Assembly: GCA_019057795.1 (NCBI GenBank)
Contig: JAHLWS010000013.1
Location: forward strand, 1 to 47,748
Reading direction: 5' to 3'
Source: Promethearchaeota archaeon
GTDB lineage: Archaea > Asgardarchaeota > Lokiarchaeia > Sigyniarchaeales > SOKP01
DNA length: 47,748 nt
Positions within the stretch are counted from its first letter, which is position 1; each line of letters opens with the position of its first letter. Shown here in pieces: positions 20,275-29,872 of the stretch. The translations under genes were made by a program, and so were the position numbers. Below the pieces are notes generated by a model, which made no database searches, was not told the DNA's origin, and was given only the letters and a program-made list of their open reading frames with translations.

Positions 20275-20994
20275 ATGAAAAAACATATCCAAGTCACTTT
20301 AATAATTCCGACATATTATCAATTAATGAAGCTATTTCGCTTTTTAAAAAGCTTAATTCAATTAACTCCATTGCCAGATGAGGTTATTATAATAGATGAT
20401 CGTTCTACGGACCAAACGCCGGAATTACTCAAGCGATGGAAAGATTTTAACAATAGGATTTGCAAGAAAATTGTGTTAAAGGACCAAAATAAAGGGTCAG
20501 CACATCCCGAAATATAGGAATTGAGTTAGCGTCAAATAAATTAGTGGCTTTTGTAGATGATGATGTTGTAATTAAAAGCGACTGGGTTGAAAAAATAACA
20601 TCAGCCTTATCTAATGCCCATAAAAGTCTTGTTGGTGTCGGTGGAATTGTTAAAGCGTTTAAAAACCATATTATTAGTCAATATTATGTAATCCATAATA
20701 TTTTGGAAGCACCAATCCAACTGAATTATCTACCAACAGTAAATTGTTGTTTTAAGAAAGAACATCTTATGGAAGTTGGTGGATTCGACGATAATTTTCT
20801 ATTTGCTGAAGGCGAGGACACTGATCTCTGCCTTCGATTAAAAAAAAAAGGGCTTTTTATTCGATAAAATTCAAGACGCTATAGTATATCATGATTTTTC
20901 ACTGAATTTTATTGATTTTTGCCAAACATGGTTAAGATATGGAAAAGGAACTCATTTAGCAATTCATAATCTAAGGAGGGATTCACATGACTAA
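20275..20994 (+). pseudogene. GT2 glycosyltransferase with two frameshifts
   Basis: IIPTY, IIDDRSTD, NKG, then a shift near 20505 to RNIG...AFVDDD, VGGFD, EDTDL, then a shift at A10 (20840-20849) to AIVYH...RYGKG, ending TAA 20992-20994. Confidence 0.85.
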
Positions 20995-21250
20995 GTCATA
21001 TTTAGTCAATGAAATCCAACAGTATGAGCTCTCTGAATTATGGGAGCAAAATATCGTTGCCCGAAGGTTCTCCATAAGGAATATTACTAAACAAGTGACC
21101 TACAATCTGCGTATATATTTGCGGGAAAAAGAAACCTTAACTCATATAATAGTTTTTTCATTTTTAGGTATTATTCAACTGTTTTTTTATACATTAGGGG
21201 CGTTCCTGGTAAGATTACGGCTTAGAGGTATGCCTTCGATTAGAAAGTAG
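20987..21250 (+). CDS. Small putative membrane protein
   Basis: AGGAGG upstream; overlaps the GT2 stop; hydrophobic C-terminal segment. Confidence 0.55.
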   Translation: MTKSYLVNEIQQYELSELWEQNIVARRFSIRNITKQVTYNLRIYLREKETLTHIIVFSFLGIIQLFFYTLGAFLVRLRLRGMPSIRK

Positions 21251-21252
21251 AT

Positions 21253-22176
21253 TTAATACAACTTCCTTTTTGAATTATATTTCTTAAATAGTTCGATCAT
21301 CCAAGGTAAGGGTAAAGGTTGAAATGAATCAAAATTATGACGATCAGCACCATTTGGGAAGATTATTTTTGCTATGATATTCTCAGGTGGAATGGGTTTT
21401 ATAGCAAATAAATCAACACTTTTATGCATTCTCGAATATTGAATGCCATCTATTTCATGTGTAGACCGATAAGGTTCTATCCAATTTTCAAACCAATCTG
21501 GTTCTATTCTAATAGCATATACAACACCGTGATGAGATTTGACATATCTAATATATTTCCTCTTAATAACTCGAAATTCATCACATATTTCTTTAAAGTA
21601 ATCTTTATTTACAATATTTTTTAGCGCCAGAGAATATCGCTTCTTGTTCTCTCTTATATAGTCCTCAAAATCTTTATTCCGCTGCGATTTTAAATTTGGA
21701 TTCTGATAATATTTTAACTCTAAATCTTTAATTTTTTCTAATTCCTTTTTAATTTTGTTCCAATGTTTATCAACTAATTCTTTTTCATTAATAAAATTAT
21801 TAAATTCATTAAAAGCAATAAATAAGAAACTAAGAGTCTCACCACCAATATTCCTTGAGTAATTCCTCGCAGCCCAATAATCACTAGCAAAACTGGGTCT
21901 TTTTCTTTTAAGATTTTGATTTATGTCTCCCAATGTCCAAGATCTTAGCGCAACATAACCTTGACTATTTTCATAACATAAAGAATCAAATTTTTCTCTC
22001 ACAAGTTTGATGTCTTGCATATCGTAAATTGGATTGTTTAATTTCCAACCCAATTCTTCAATTTTTTCAGAGTAATTACTACTTGTACCATGATAGACGA
22101 CATTTATATCTTCAAAAATCTCACATTTTAGAGGATAGATAATATCCGAAGGTTTTGATATTTCTATTACTTCCAT
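21253..22176 (-). CDS. Hypothetical protein, possible ADP-ribosyltransferase fold
   Basis: VYHGTS...I...G, SFA.....A..YS, later GVVYAI and IPPENI. Confidence 0.5.
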   Translation of the reverse strand: MEVIEISKPSDIIYPLKCEIFEDINVVYHGTSSNYSEKIEELGWKLNNPIYDMQDIKLVREKFDSLCYENSQGYVALRSWTLGDINQNLKRKRPSFASDYWAARNYSRNIGGETLSFLFIAFNEFNNFINEKELVDKHWNKIKKELEKIKDLELKYYQNPNLKSQRNKDFEDYIRENKKRYSLALKNIVNKDYFKEICDEFRVIKRKYIRYVKSHHGVVYAIRIEPDWFENWIEPYRSTHEIDGIQYSRMHKSVDLFAIKPIPPENIIAKIIFPNGADRHNFDSFQPLPLPWMIELFKKYNSKRKLY

Positions 22177-22311
22177 AATGAATTCAATATTATATTTTTA
22201 AGAGATTTAACTACTTCTAAAATTCTTTTTCTCGGTTTTGATGATTTGGAACGTCTAAATGAACCAGAACTTCGAGTCGCATGTCTTATCGTTCTAACTG
22301 TTCTGATTTTT

Positions 22312-22464
22312 TTAGTCAAACAAATTTCGTCGTTTCTTTTTGTTTCTATCCACCAGAATATTGACCCAACGGCCTGCTCCACCAGCAGGATAAGGTCTAC
22401 CGCAATGGGGACAACTTTTTGCCAATGAAGACACAAAATTTCCACATTCTTGACATTTAGCCAT
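22312..22464 (-). CDS. Small zinc-ribbon protein (50 aa)
   Basis: Not in the ORF track. MAKCQECGNFVSSLAKSCPHCGRPYPAGGAGRWVNILVDRNKKKRRNLFD has two CxxCG knuckles. Confidence 0.75.
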   Translation of the reverse strand: MAKCQECGNFVSSLAKSCPHCGRPYPAGGAGRWVNILVDRNKKKRRNLFD

Positions 22465-22745
22465 TTTATTTACCCGAACATTAACAAATGTGTGATTATT
22501 AGTTGATTTTTATTTCCACCTTCATATAAAAATCCTGATATTTATACTTTTTCATAAATAAGAAATTAGTATAAAGTGGTTTCATTCATAGATATGGAAA
22601 TAGAAGATATATTTGATATTTTTGAGCTCAAAGTTATTTAGATGATATACAATCTATCAAAAATGACTATATAACTAAATTTAAATCTTTGAAAGAATTA
22701 GATTTAAATATTCATTTACGAAGGAGAGAAGTTGAGGGAGTAAAG

Positions 22746-23459
22746 ATGCAAAAAATTAAAGAATCTGCTCTTGTTGTTTTTAGCGGCGGCCAAGATTCGA
22801 CAACATGTCTTGTTTGGGCTTTAAAAAAGTTTGAAAGTGTTTCTGCTATTACTTTTAATTATAAGCAAAGGCATAAAATTGAGATTGACTGCGCTAAAAA
22901 TATCATTGATTTGTTAAGTTCAAAAAAGAATATCCAAATTGCTTGGCTCAAGGATAACGCCCAAATCAATCATATAATTGTGGATATGTCCTTCCTATCT
23001 AATATATTACAAACTGCTATGATTCAAGATTTAAACATAGAGTACGACGACGAGACAAACCTTCCAACCACATTTGTGCCCGGAAGAAATATTTTATTCT
23101 TGACGATTGCTGCGGCTTATGCGTATCAAAAGAAGATAAGGCATATTATTACAGGAGTTTGCCAGACAGACTATTCTGGATATCCCGATTGCCGAGATGC
23201 GACAATCAAATCGCTACAAGCGACTTTAAAATTAGGATTAGAATACGATATAATTATTCATACGCCATTAATGTGGAAAAATAAAGCTGAAACAATTAAA
23301 ATGATGCAAAAATTAGGCGGGCTCGAGTTATATAAATATACTCACACTTGCTATAAAGGAGAACGCCCTGCTTGTGGAGAATGTCCTGCTTGTGAATTAC
23401 GCTTGAAAGGCTATAAAGAAGTGGGATTGATTGATCCTTTGGAGTATAAACATCGCTAA
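22746..23459 (+). CDS. queC: 7-cyano-7-deazaguanine (preQ0) synthase
   Basis: FSGGQDSTT, Y.QRH..E, TFVPGRN, YPDCR, TCY...CGECPAC. ATG 22746 (after GAGGGAG) is preferred to TTG 22689. Confidence 0.97.
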   Translation: MQKIKESALVVFSGGQDSTTCLVWALKKFESVSAITFNYKQRHKIEIDCAKNIIDLLSSKKNIQIAWLKDNAQINHIIVDMSFLSNILQTAMIQDLNIEYDDETNLPTTFVPGRNILFLTIAAAYAYQKKIRHIITGVCQTDYSGYPDCRDATIKSLQATLKLGLEYDIIIHTPLMWKNKAETIKMMQKLGGLELYKYTHTCYKGERPACGECPACELRLKGYKEVGLIDPLEYKHR

Positions 23460-23469
23460 ATAAATCGTA

Positions 23470-23925
23470 TTATTCCTCGTAAGAAGCCATAGAACTCTTA
23501 CTTTCACCAACCTTTACGACAATCTTTTTATCCTTATAAATCTCCTTTAATTTTTCGTAAATATATTTTGCTAAAAGCTCACTGGTTGTAGCTGGCAAGG
23601 GGAGAAAGCACACATCAGAGCGAGGAAAAATATATCTTTTAGTTGGTGTGATAACTTCTACTGAACCCTGTTCCTCTCTAATTTTTATATCTTTTGATTC
23701 TGTAGGAATTAAGATGTAGTGGTCCATTGGTTCAATAATTATTTTTAATTTTTTATTAAGCTCCATAAAATCTACAACAAAGTAATTATCATCTAAATTG
23801 TCACTAACCTCAACTGAAACGTAATAATTATGTCCGTGGAGCCTTGAACATTTAAAGTGCTCCTTTAGAAAATGACACGCGCTAAACTTTACTTTAGATT
23901 CGTTTACAATAACTTTAAATCCCAT
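23470..23925 (-). CDS. queD: 6-carboxytetrahydropterin synthase
   Basis: FSACH, CSRLHGHNY, VVDF, DH, TTSELLA, VGE. Confidence 0.95.
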   Translation of the reverse strand: MGFKVIVNESKVKFSACHFLKEHFKCSRLHGHNYYVSVEVSDNLDDNYFVVDFMELNKKLKIIIEPMDHYILIPTESKDIKIREEQGSVEVITPTKRYIFPRSDVCFLPLPATTSELLAKYIYEKLKEIYKDKKIVVKVGESKSSMASYEE

Positions 23926-24093
23926 ATATTGACAATCCCTCGATTTATGCTTATTACTATTACAAATTTTATCTATAATAAATTATTTAATGTCATTCTT
24001 TTTTTTTCTTCTCTTTACTTTAAAACAATTAAGCCATGGGACTATTTTAACACGATTATTGAAGATTTAATAATCCTTTTAATACTGAACAAC

Positions 24094-24957
24094 TCAAAGC
24101 AGCTTGAGATATTTATGTGCTTGAATAGATAAAGTTAAGCTTTCTGATGGCAGAAATTCCGCAGCTGTGTAAAATATATTATTCAAATGTGCTGTAGAAA
24201 TGGAATATTTATCCTTTAATTCTTTACTTTCGAGATAGACTGGTTGAATCGCCAATCCTACCACTTGACCATCGGAGTATGTGATCTTAGAGAGTTCTTT
24301 ACTTATCCAGCGAATGTTATGAAGTTGTGTTTGCGAAGTTACAACCAGTTTAGCAAATGTTTCCGTGCCATATTTTACCATATTCCTTATAAAGTCTAAT
24401 TCAGTAATAACTAAGTTTTTCCAAGGATCTAGGGGCGCAACTTTGGAACTCAAATCTTTAATGTCGCAACAACAATATTTAAAATATGTTGCGAGTTGTT
24501 TCATTTGACTATTATCAAGAATTATTGTTCCATTTGTTTCTAAATACAACGGATACTTTATGCGTGTGCCTTTTAAAGCTTTTGATAAATTCAAAACAAA
24601 ATCCGGTTGGTATAAGGGTTCCCCACCAGTAAAGCTTATAGAATGAAGGTCAGGAGTAATTAAATTCTTAATAATTCGAATTATTTCTTCAATTCCTACA
24701 TGATTGTTTGAATTTATTAATTTTTGCGAGCCCGGATTTTCTTCATATTTGAACTTTAATGACTCTAATTTTTGAGCGCAAGGTGAATCACACCAGATAC
24801 ACCCTATATAACCAGAATCGCCTTCTGCTAAATTACAACCAGAAAACCGAACGAAAATTTGACGCTTCCCAAAACAACTTCCTCGTACTATACCACCTTC
24901 TCCTTGAATCGATGAGAAAACTTCCGAGAGGTAGCCTTCTGAATCTTTTTTAGACAT
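24094..24957 (-). CDS. queE: 7-carboxy-7-deazaguanine synthase (radical SAM)
   Basis: EVFSSIQGEG, FVRFSGCNL...CIWCD, FTGGEP, LETNG, QP, QAHK. Confidence 0.93.
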   Translation of the reverse strand: MSKKDSEGYLSEVFSSIQGEGGIVRGSCFGKRQIFVRFSGCNLAEGDSGYIGCIWCDSPCAQKLESLKFKYEENPGSQKLINSNNHVGIEEIIRIIKNLITPDLHSISFTGGEPLYQPDFVLNLSKALKGTRIKYPLYLETNGTIILDNSQMKQLATYFKYCCCDIKDLSSKVAPLDPWKNLVITELDFIRNMVKYGTETFAKLVVTSQTQLHNIRWISKELSKITYSDGQVVGLAIQPVYLESKELKDKYSISTAHLNNIFYTAAEFLPSESLTLSIQAHKYLKLL

Positions 24958-24984
24958 GTATAAAAAAGATATTAATATATATGA

Positions 24985-26166
24985 TTAGAATATATCTAAA
25001 TTTTTATCTCCCTTCTCTATTAAATCTATTATCTTTTCCCAATTAAAAGCATATCCTTTCCCTCGTATAAACTTACTCAAATAAAAATCGGTTTGTAATT
25101 GTTTTTGAAAATAATTCCCAAATCTTCTTGTAAGTTCTTCGTTTAATTGAGTTAAAGATCTACCATAACCCATTTTTAATAATTCTACCCCTAATATTTT
25201 CAACCAACAATTTTCAGCTTTCCTTTGATAAATTGGTAAGACATCATCCTTTTCATTAAATTCTTGTAAATCCTCCCTAATATTTCGAATAATGCTGTTC
25301 AATCTCGTAGCCATACCCTTTTTTTCATAGCTATTTATAGATTGAATTCTATCAATATGAACAAGCATTCTTAAATAACCCCCCTCTGTCAATATAACAT
25401 AATGTAAAGCATCTTTAAATTCTCTTGACTCGACTCCATATTTCTTACATATTTCATACAATCGATTTCCTAATACAGTAAGTTTTCCTTCTCCTGTCCA
25501 AAGATTTAAAGTATCTAAAAACAATTTATAATTTAATTTAAAAGATGATGGTCTTTGAGTATTTGGGTATCTTAAAATTAATACTTCGTCCCATATTTCA
25601 TTTAATACAATTTTTTGAATCTTTCCTTGTAAATTTCTGTTCTCCACATCAGAAATTTTTATTAGCATCTTAGCTACTTCTTTAATATTAGTGTCCATCC
25701 AAAATAACCAAGATCTAGGGTTCGATTTAGTTAATCTTTTTTCTAAGCGTTCAATATCAACTTGAGTCTGAAGTTTAGCTCTTTTTATAATTTTTGGAGT
25801 GAATTTAAGTATGTTGTAACTAATCACACCGATATTTAAATCGACTTTCTTTACAATATCATTAATGAATGAAGGTATATGTAATCCGTCAATTACTTCA
25901 TCAGGTAATACAATATAAACTAATGGAAATGTCATTAAATATGATATTGATTGCCCTAATCCAGTAAGATACTCTCTTTTTACAGCATGAGGGGGTTTAA
26001 CTTCAAACGCAATTTGTGCCATGGGTTCCTTTGAAAGCCCTAATAATACAATGTCAGGTCTAGGGAAAATTGGCAATTTTGAAGCAAGATATCTATTCCC
26101 AAATGTTTTTTCCTGAATAAAATTTAAAGTAACTTTTTCTGCTATTTGGTCGTGCAATAAACCCAT
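24985..26166 (-). CDS. Putative restriction endonuclease (N-terminal PD-(D/E)XK domain plus C-terminal putative specificity domain)
   Basis: RPDIV...AFEVKP...GQSISY; lies between a DNA MTase and queE on the same strand. Confidence 0.75.
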   Translation of the reverse strand: MGLLHDQIAEKVTLNFIQEKTFGNRYLASKLPIFPRPDIVLLGLSKEPMAQIAFEVKPPHAVKREYLTGLGQSISYLMTFPLVYIVLPDEVIDGLHIPSFINDIVKKVDLNIGVISYNILKFTPKIIKRAKLQTQVDIERLEKRLTKSNPRSWLFWMDTNIKEVAKMLIKISDVENRNLQGKIQKIVLNEIWDEVLILRYPNTQRPSSFKLNYKLFLDTLNLWTGEGKLTVLGNRLYEICKKYGVESREFKDALHYVILTEGGYLRMLVHIDRIQSINSYEKKGMATRLNSIIRNIREDLQEFNEKDDVLPIYQRKAENCWLKILGVELLKMGYGRSLTQLNEELTRRFGNYFQKQLQTDFYLSKFIRGKGYAFNWEKIIDLIEKGDKNLDIF

Positions 26167-26213
26167 AAGTAAATATTATATCCGAAAATATAAAACCATT
26201 ATTAAATCAAAAA

Positions 26214-27080
26214 TTATTCATTCCTAAATATTAAGCAATAAATATGATGTCTATTGGCAACATAAGCAGAATTAACTCCTAAAGCAATTAAGGGTTTATC
26301 ATCTTGACACCAAATTCGTTCATCTTTTAAAATATAGTATTTACCTAATTCAGAAGCAAGATCAAATGCTAAAGGGTAAAGTTTTCCATTTTTATATATA
26401 TTATTGACGATTATTGTCATATAACCCTTCTTTTTAAGCCATCTTTTAAGATTTTTATAGAAATCGACTAATTGACTTAAGAAATCCTCATAATTCTCAA
26501 TATTTTCAAAATTTTTCTCATCCGTTGAATATTCAGTATCCAAACCATCTTCTTTCCTTTTTTTCTGACGAAGTGAATTCCTTTTTAAGGAATCCCAATA
26601 TGGTGGAGATGTGATAATATAATCAACTTCGGGAATTTTGAAATGCTCTATATTCTTACAATCTCCAAGATAAAAGTGTTGATTAGACCTGTTCCTTCCG
26701 ATTTCATAATATTTCTGCTCTAATTCTATTGAAAATCCAATACGTTCTAATTTTTCGCATATAAAATTTACTGTACCTGTACCTGCCATAGGGTCTAAAA
26801 CCATTTGACCTTTTTTCGTAAAAAAACTAATATACTTTTCAACCAAAGATTCAGGAAATTTTGCTGGATGAAGAAGTACATCTCCTGTTCTTCTTTTTGG
26901 CCTTAAAATGAACCAAGACTTTGTTTCTTTTATCCATTCCTTTCCTGTTAAATCATTTAATTTGTTATTTATACAAAAACGCCCTCTATCACCTAAATCA
27001 ATATATTTCTGTGCGTTAGATTGTTTAATTTTTAATGTAATTTTTCCGTTTTTAACTACCATATAAGTTTCTTTCATCAA
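26214..27080 (-). CDS. DNA amino-methyltransferase (SPPY; m4C/m6A type)
   Basis: HPAKFP, VLDPMAGTG (motif I), ITSPPYW (motif IV). Confidence 0.9.
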   Translation of the reverse strand: MMKETYMVVKNGKITLKIKQSNAQKYIDLGDRGRFCINNKLNDLTGKEWIKETKSWFILRPKRRTGDVLLHPAKFPESLVEKYISFFTKKGQMVLDPMAGTGTVNFICEKLERIGFSIELEQKYYEIGRNRSNQHFYLGDCKNIEHFKIPEVDYIITSPPYWDSLKRNSLRQKKRKEDGLDTEYSTDEKNFENIENYEDFLSQLVDFYKNLKRWLKKKGYMTIIVNNIYKNGKLYPLAFDLASELGKYYILKDERIWCQDDKPLIALGVNSAYVANRHHIYCLIFRNE

Positions 27081-27271
27081 AATTTAATTATTTATTATAA
27101 TATCGAAATGATCTCATTTAAATTACACGCTTTTAATCGATTACAAAAAAAGGTTAATCATTAAATTAGTAACAAGCACTTAATAATTAATTATTAAATC
27201 AATAAAGCCTCATCTTTTTTTAAACAATTTTAAAATTTTCATTTATATAATCATAATTCTATAAAAAAAAA

Positions 27272-28594
27272 ATGAAGCAGTTCGAGTTTGAAGATAATAA
27301 ATTTTTAAATTCAAATAATAATAAATTCATTGAAGAGGACGTTAAAACACTATTGGATAAAAATCCTAGGTTAAATTTATTTTTAGAATATTTAAATAAA
27401 AATAAGGTAAATTTTAAAATTTTAGACGAAGTTGAGGATTCCTACCTGGTAATAAAAACATCTACGATAGATCCTAAATATTTCATAATAATAATCAATG
27501 AAAAAGATACAAAGAATTATTTGCTTGATTATAAAAATATTAAATATTTCCAAAAAGCTTTATCTGACGATAAAATTAATTACGGAAATTTCTATATTTT
27601 ATTTTTAGATCCTTCATTAAATTCTATCGATGATGTCCTATTTAAATCAAGTTATGTAGATTTTAAGAGAATATCTTTAAAAATGGAATTTAAAAGGATA
27701 TCTAGTGTTGATTTAAAGATTTCTTTAAAAAGAGAATTAAGAAAAGGGCTCCCTATTGGAATTTATAGCGAAAAGAATAAATTAAATGATTTAACTGGAA
27801 AAGAATGGATCAAGTTTACTAAAAGTTGGTTTACTCATAATCCACCTCCTAGAAATAAAATAGAAATTCTACACCCCGCTAAATTTCCTGAAACTTTAAT
27901 AGAGGATTTTATTAAGTTTTTTACGAAGGAAAACCAAATTGTATTGGATCCATTTTTAGGGACAGGAAGTACAAGTGTTGCAGCAAAAAATACAATAAGA
28001 AGTTGTATTGGAGTAGAAATTAACAAAGATTACGCAGAAATAGCTAAATCCAGAATAAATCAAAAAAAAATTGATAAATGGGTTTATTCTGACGAAGAAA
28101 ATTTAATGTATAAAATTATTAATAACGATTCTAGTAAATTAGATGAAATATGGCAAAAAAATAAACTTCCGTTAGTTGATTTTTGTATAACAAGCCCTCC
28201 TTATTGGAATCAACTAAAGAGAAATTTCATGAGGCAACAAAAAAGAAAAGAAATGGGTTTAGACACAATTTATAGCAAAAATCCAAAAGATATTGGAAAT
28301 ATTGATGATTACAGAGAATTTATCAAAGCTCAAGAAAAAATTTTCGAAGAAGTCTACAAAGTTATCAAAAACAAGGGTTATTTAGTAATCATTACGAATA
28401 ATGTTTTTTATAATGGGAGACTTTTTCCTCTTGCTCATGATACTGCAGTTTCTCTATCTGAAAAATGGGTTCTAAAGGATGAAAAAATTTGGTGCCAAAA
28501 TGATAAAGCATTACTCCCATTAGGGATTAATAATGCATGGGTTGCAAATCGTTGTCATCAATACTGTTTAATTTTCAGAAAGGAACAAAATTAA
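27272..28594 (+). CDS. DNA amino-methyltransferase paralog with an N-terminal extension of about 130-160 aa
   Basis: LNDLTGKEWIK, HPAKFP, VLDPFLGTG, ITSPPYW. Confidence 0.9.
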   Translation: MKQFEFEDNKFLNSNNNKFIEEDVKTLLDKNPRLNLFLEYLNKNKVNFKILDEVEDSYLVIKTSTIDPKYFIIIINEKDTKNYLLDYKNIKYFQKALSDDKINYGNFYILFLDPSLNSIDDVLFKSSYVDFKRISLKMEFKRISSVDLKISLKRELRKGLPIGIYSEKNKLNDLTGKEWIKFTKSWFTHNPPPRNKIEILHPAKFPETLIEDFIKFFTKENQIVLDPFLGTGSTSVAAKNTIRSCIGVEINKDYAEIAKSRINQKKIDKWVYSDEENLMYKIINNDSSKLDEIWQKNKLPLVDFCITSPPYWNQLKRNFMRQQKRKEMGLDTIYSKNPKDIGNIDDYREFIKAQEKIFEEVYKVIKNKGYLVIITNNVFYNGRLFPLAHDTAVSLSEKWVLKDEKIWCQNDKALLPLGINNAWVANRCHQYCLIFRKEQN

Positions 28595-28659
28595 TTACCT
28601 TAGAAACAAAGTATTTTTTATATAAAGTAATGAAAAGATATTATGAGTTTTAACAACAA
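28571..28659 (+). repeat. Direct repeat copy A (MTase 3' end, intergenic, start of DUF6884-like gene); copy B at 29801-29889
   Basis: Ungapped manual alignment gives about 78/89 identity with 29801-29889. Confidence 0.9.
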
Positions 28660-28715
28660 ACGGAAAGTAGAGAGTTGTCTTAAAAGTAACGATAAAAAGG
28701 TCGTAGAGTGGAGAA

Positions 28716-29705
28716 TTAGTAAATAAAAACATTTTTCAGCTTATTTCTAAGAGTAATACCATGATCTCCAATAAAAATATCTTTCTGATGTGTAAAAATA
28801 GTAAAAACATTGTTTTTTTCGATTTGTTTTCCAATATCGTCCATAAGTTCATGGGAGACATAAGTAATTTTTTCATAAAAACCATGTAAATATTGTAAGA
28901 ACTCATGATTTGTTCCACACCACCAGTGAACAAGTTCATCAAAACAGAGGATTATATTTTTATATTTCCTTCCTACTGAGGGATGTTTACAAATATCTTC
29001 CAGAACATTTGAAGAGAAAAAAGATAATTTTAAATCTTCTAACAATTTTTCAATTTTTCTTGCTATTTTCTCAATTACTTCTTGATCAAATTCAGCATTT
29101 GTTTCTATAATTTCATATACTCTTTGAAGTTCAATGAAATCTTCTGAGGACAAGTGAGATTGAATTAAGTTTTTTAGACCAGTTTCAAAACAAATTCTAA
29201 TAATTTTTACATCCGGATTTATGCTTTCAGCAGGATTTAAGATATAATTACTTACAGTATATCGAATTGCTGTATCTAAATTTTTAGAACGGAATGTTAC
29301 TAATGAGATTGGAATTATTATGGTACCAGATAGCGTTTGGAGATCGGATTTTCCTTTTAATAGATTAATTGTATTACGATATTCACTGAAGAATTCCATA
29401 TCTTCAAAATTATTTAATTTCTTCTCGATAACCTCTTGAATTTCGGGTAAATATTTCTCTTTATTTAATATAATTGATAAGAAGAGCAAAGGATTTAAAT
29501 GATATGGAAAATATGGTATTAGGATATCAATTATTCCTTCTTTACTTGGATCATGAATCTTTGCCTTAATAGCTTGAAAAATTTTCTTAAATAAATTGAT
29601 GAATTTAATATTAAGATCGAAATTTTCCAAATATTCAGATATTTCGCTTAATGATTTCTCATTAAGATCATAAAAGTCTTGAATATTTCCAATCATTATT
29701 TTCAC
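28716..29705 (-). CDS. Walker-A-degenerate paralog of the BrxC ATPase domain
   Basis: CFDELVHWW...LQYLHG...HQK...ITLRNKLKNV aligns with BrxC ILDELSQWW...INQLHG...YQK...ITLKERLKKV; no GxxxxGKT. Confidence 0.75.
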   Translation of the reverse strand: MKIMIGNIQDFYDLNEKSLSEISEYLENFDLNIKFINLFKKIFQAIKAKIHDPSKEGIIDILIPYFPYHLNPLLFLSIILNKEKYLPEIQEVIEKKLNNFEDMEFFSEYRNTINLLKGKSDLQTLSGTIIIPISLVTFRSKNLDTAIRYTVSNYILNPAESINPDVKIIRICFETGLKNLIQSHLSSEDFIELQRVYEIIETNAEFDQEVIEKIARKIEKLLEDLKLSFFSSNVLEDICKHPSVGRKYKNIILCFDELVHWWCGTNHEFLQYLHGFYEKITYVSHELMDDIGKQIEKNNVFTIFTHQKDIFIGDHGITLRNKLKNVFIY

Positions 29706-29747
29706 TTTTTAATACATACTAGATATTTTTTTTAACATTAAATTTGT

Positions 29748-29795
29748 TTTATCATATTTCTTTATTAATTTATTGATATAATCCCAATTTATTTT
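29748..29795. repeat. Duplicated near-3' segment of the 31777-32529 gene; other copy at 31819-31866
   Basis: 47/48 identical; encodes KINWDYINKL[I/V]KKYDK on the minus strand. Confidence 0.92.
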
Positions 29796-29872
29796 TTTAC
29801 ATTTTCAGTAAGGAACAAAATTAATTACTCTATAATCATAGTATTTTATATACAAAGTAATGAAAAAATAAT

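Noticed and set aside
22167-22445. 92-aa ORF from the track (and 22246-22428 on +)
   Set aside because: An overlapping frame gives a convincing zinc-ribbon protein (22312-22464); these ORFs have no motifs.
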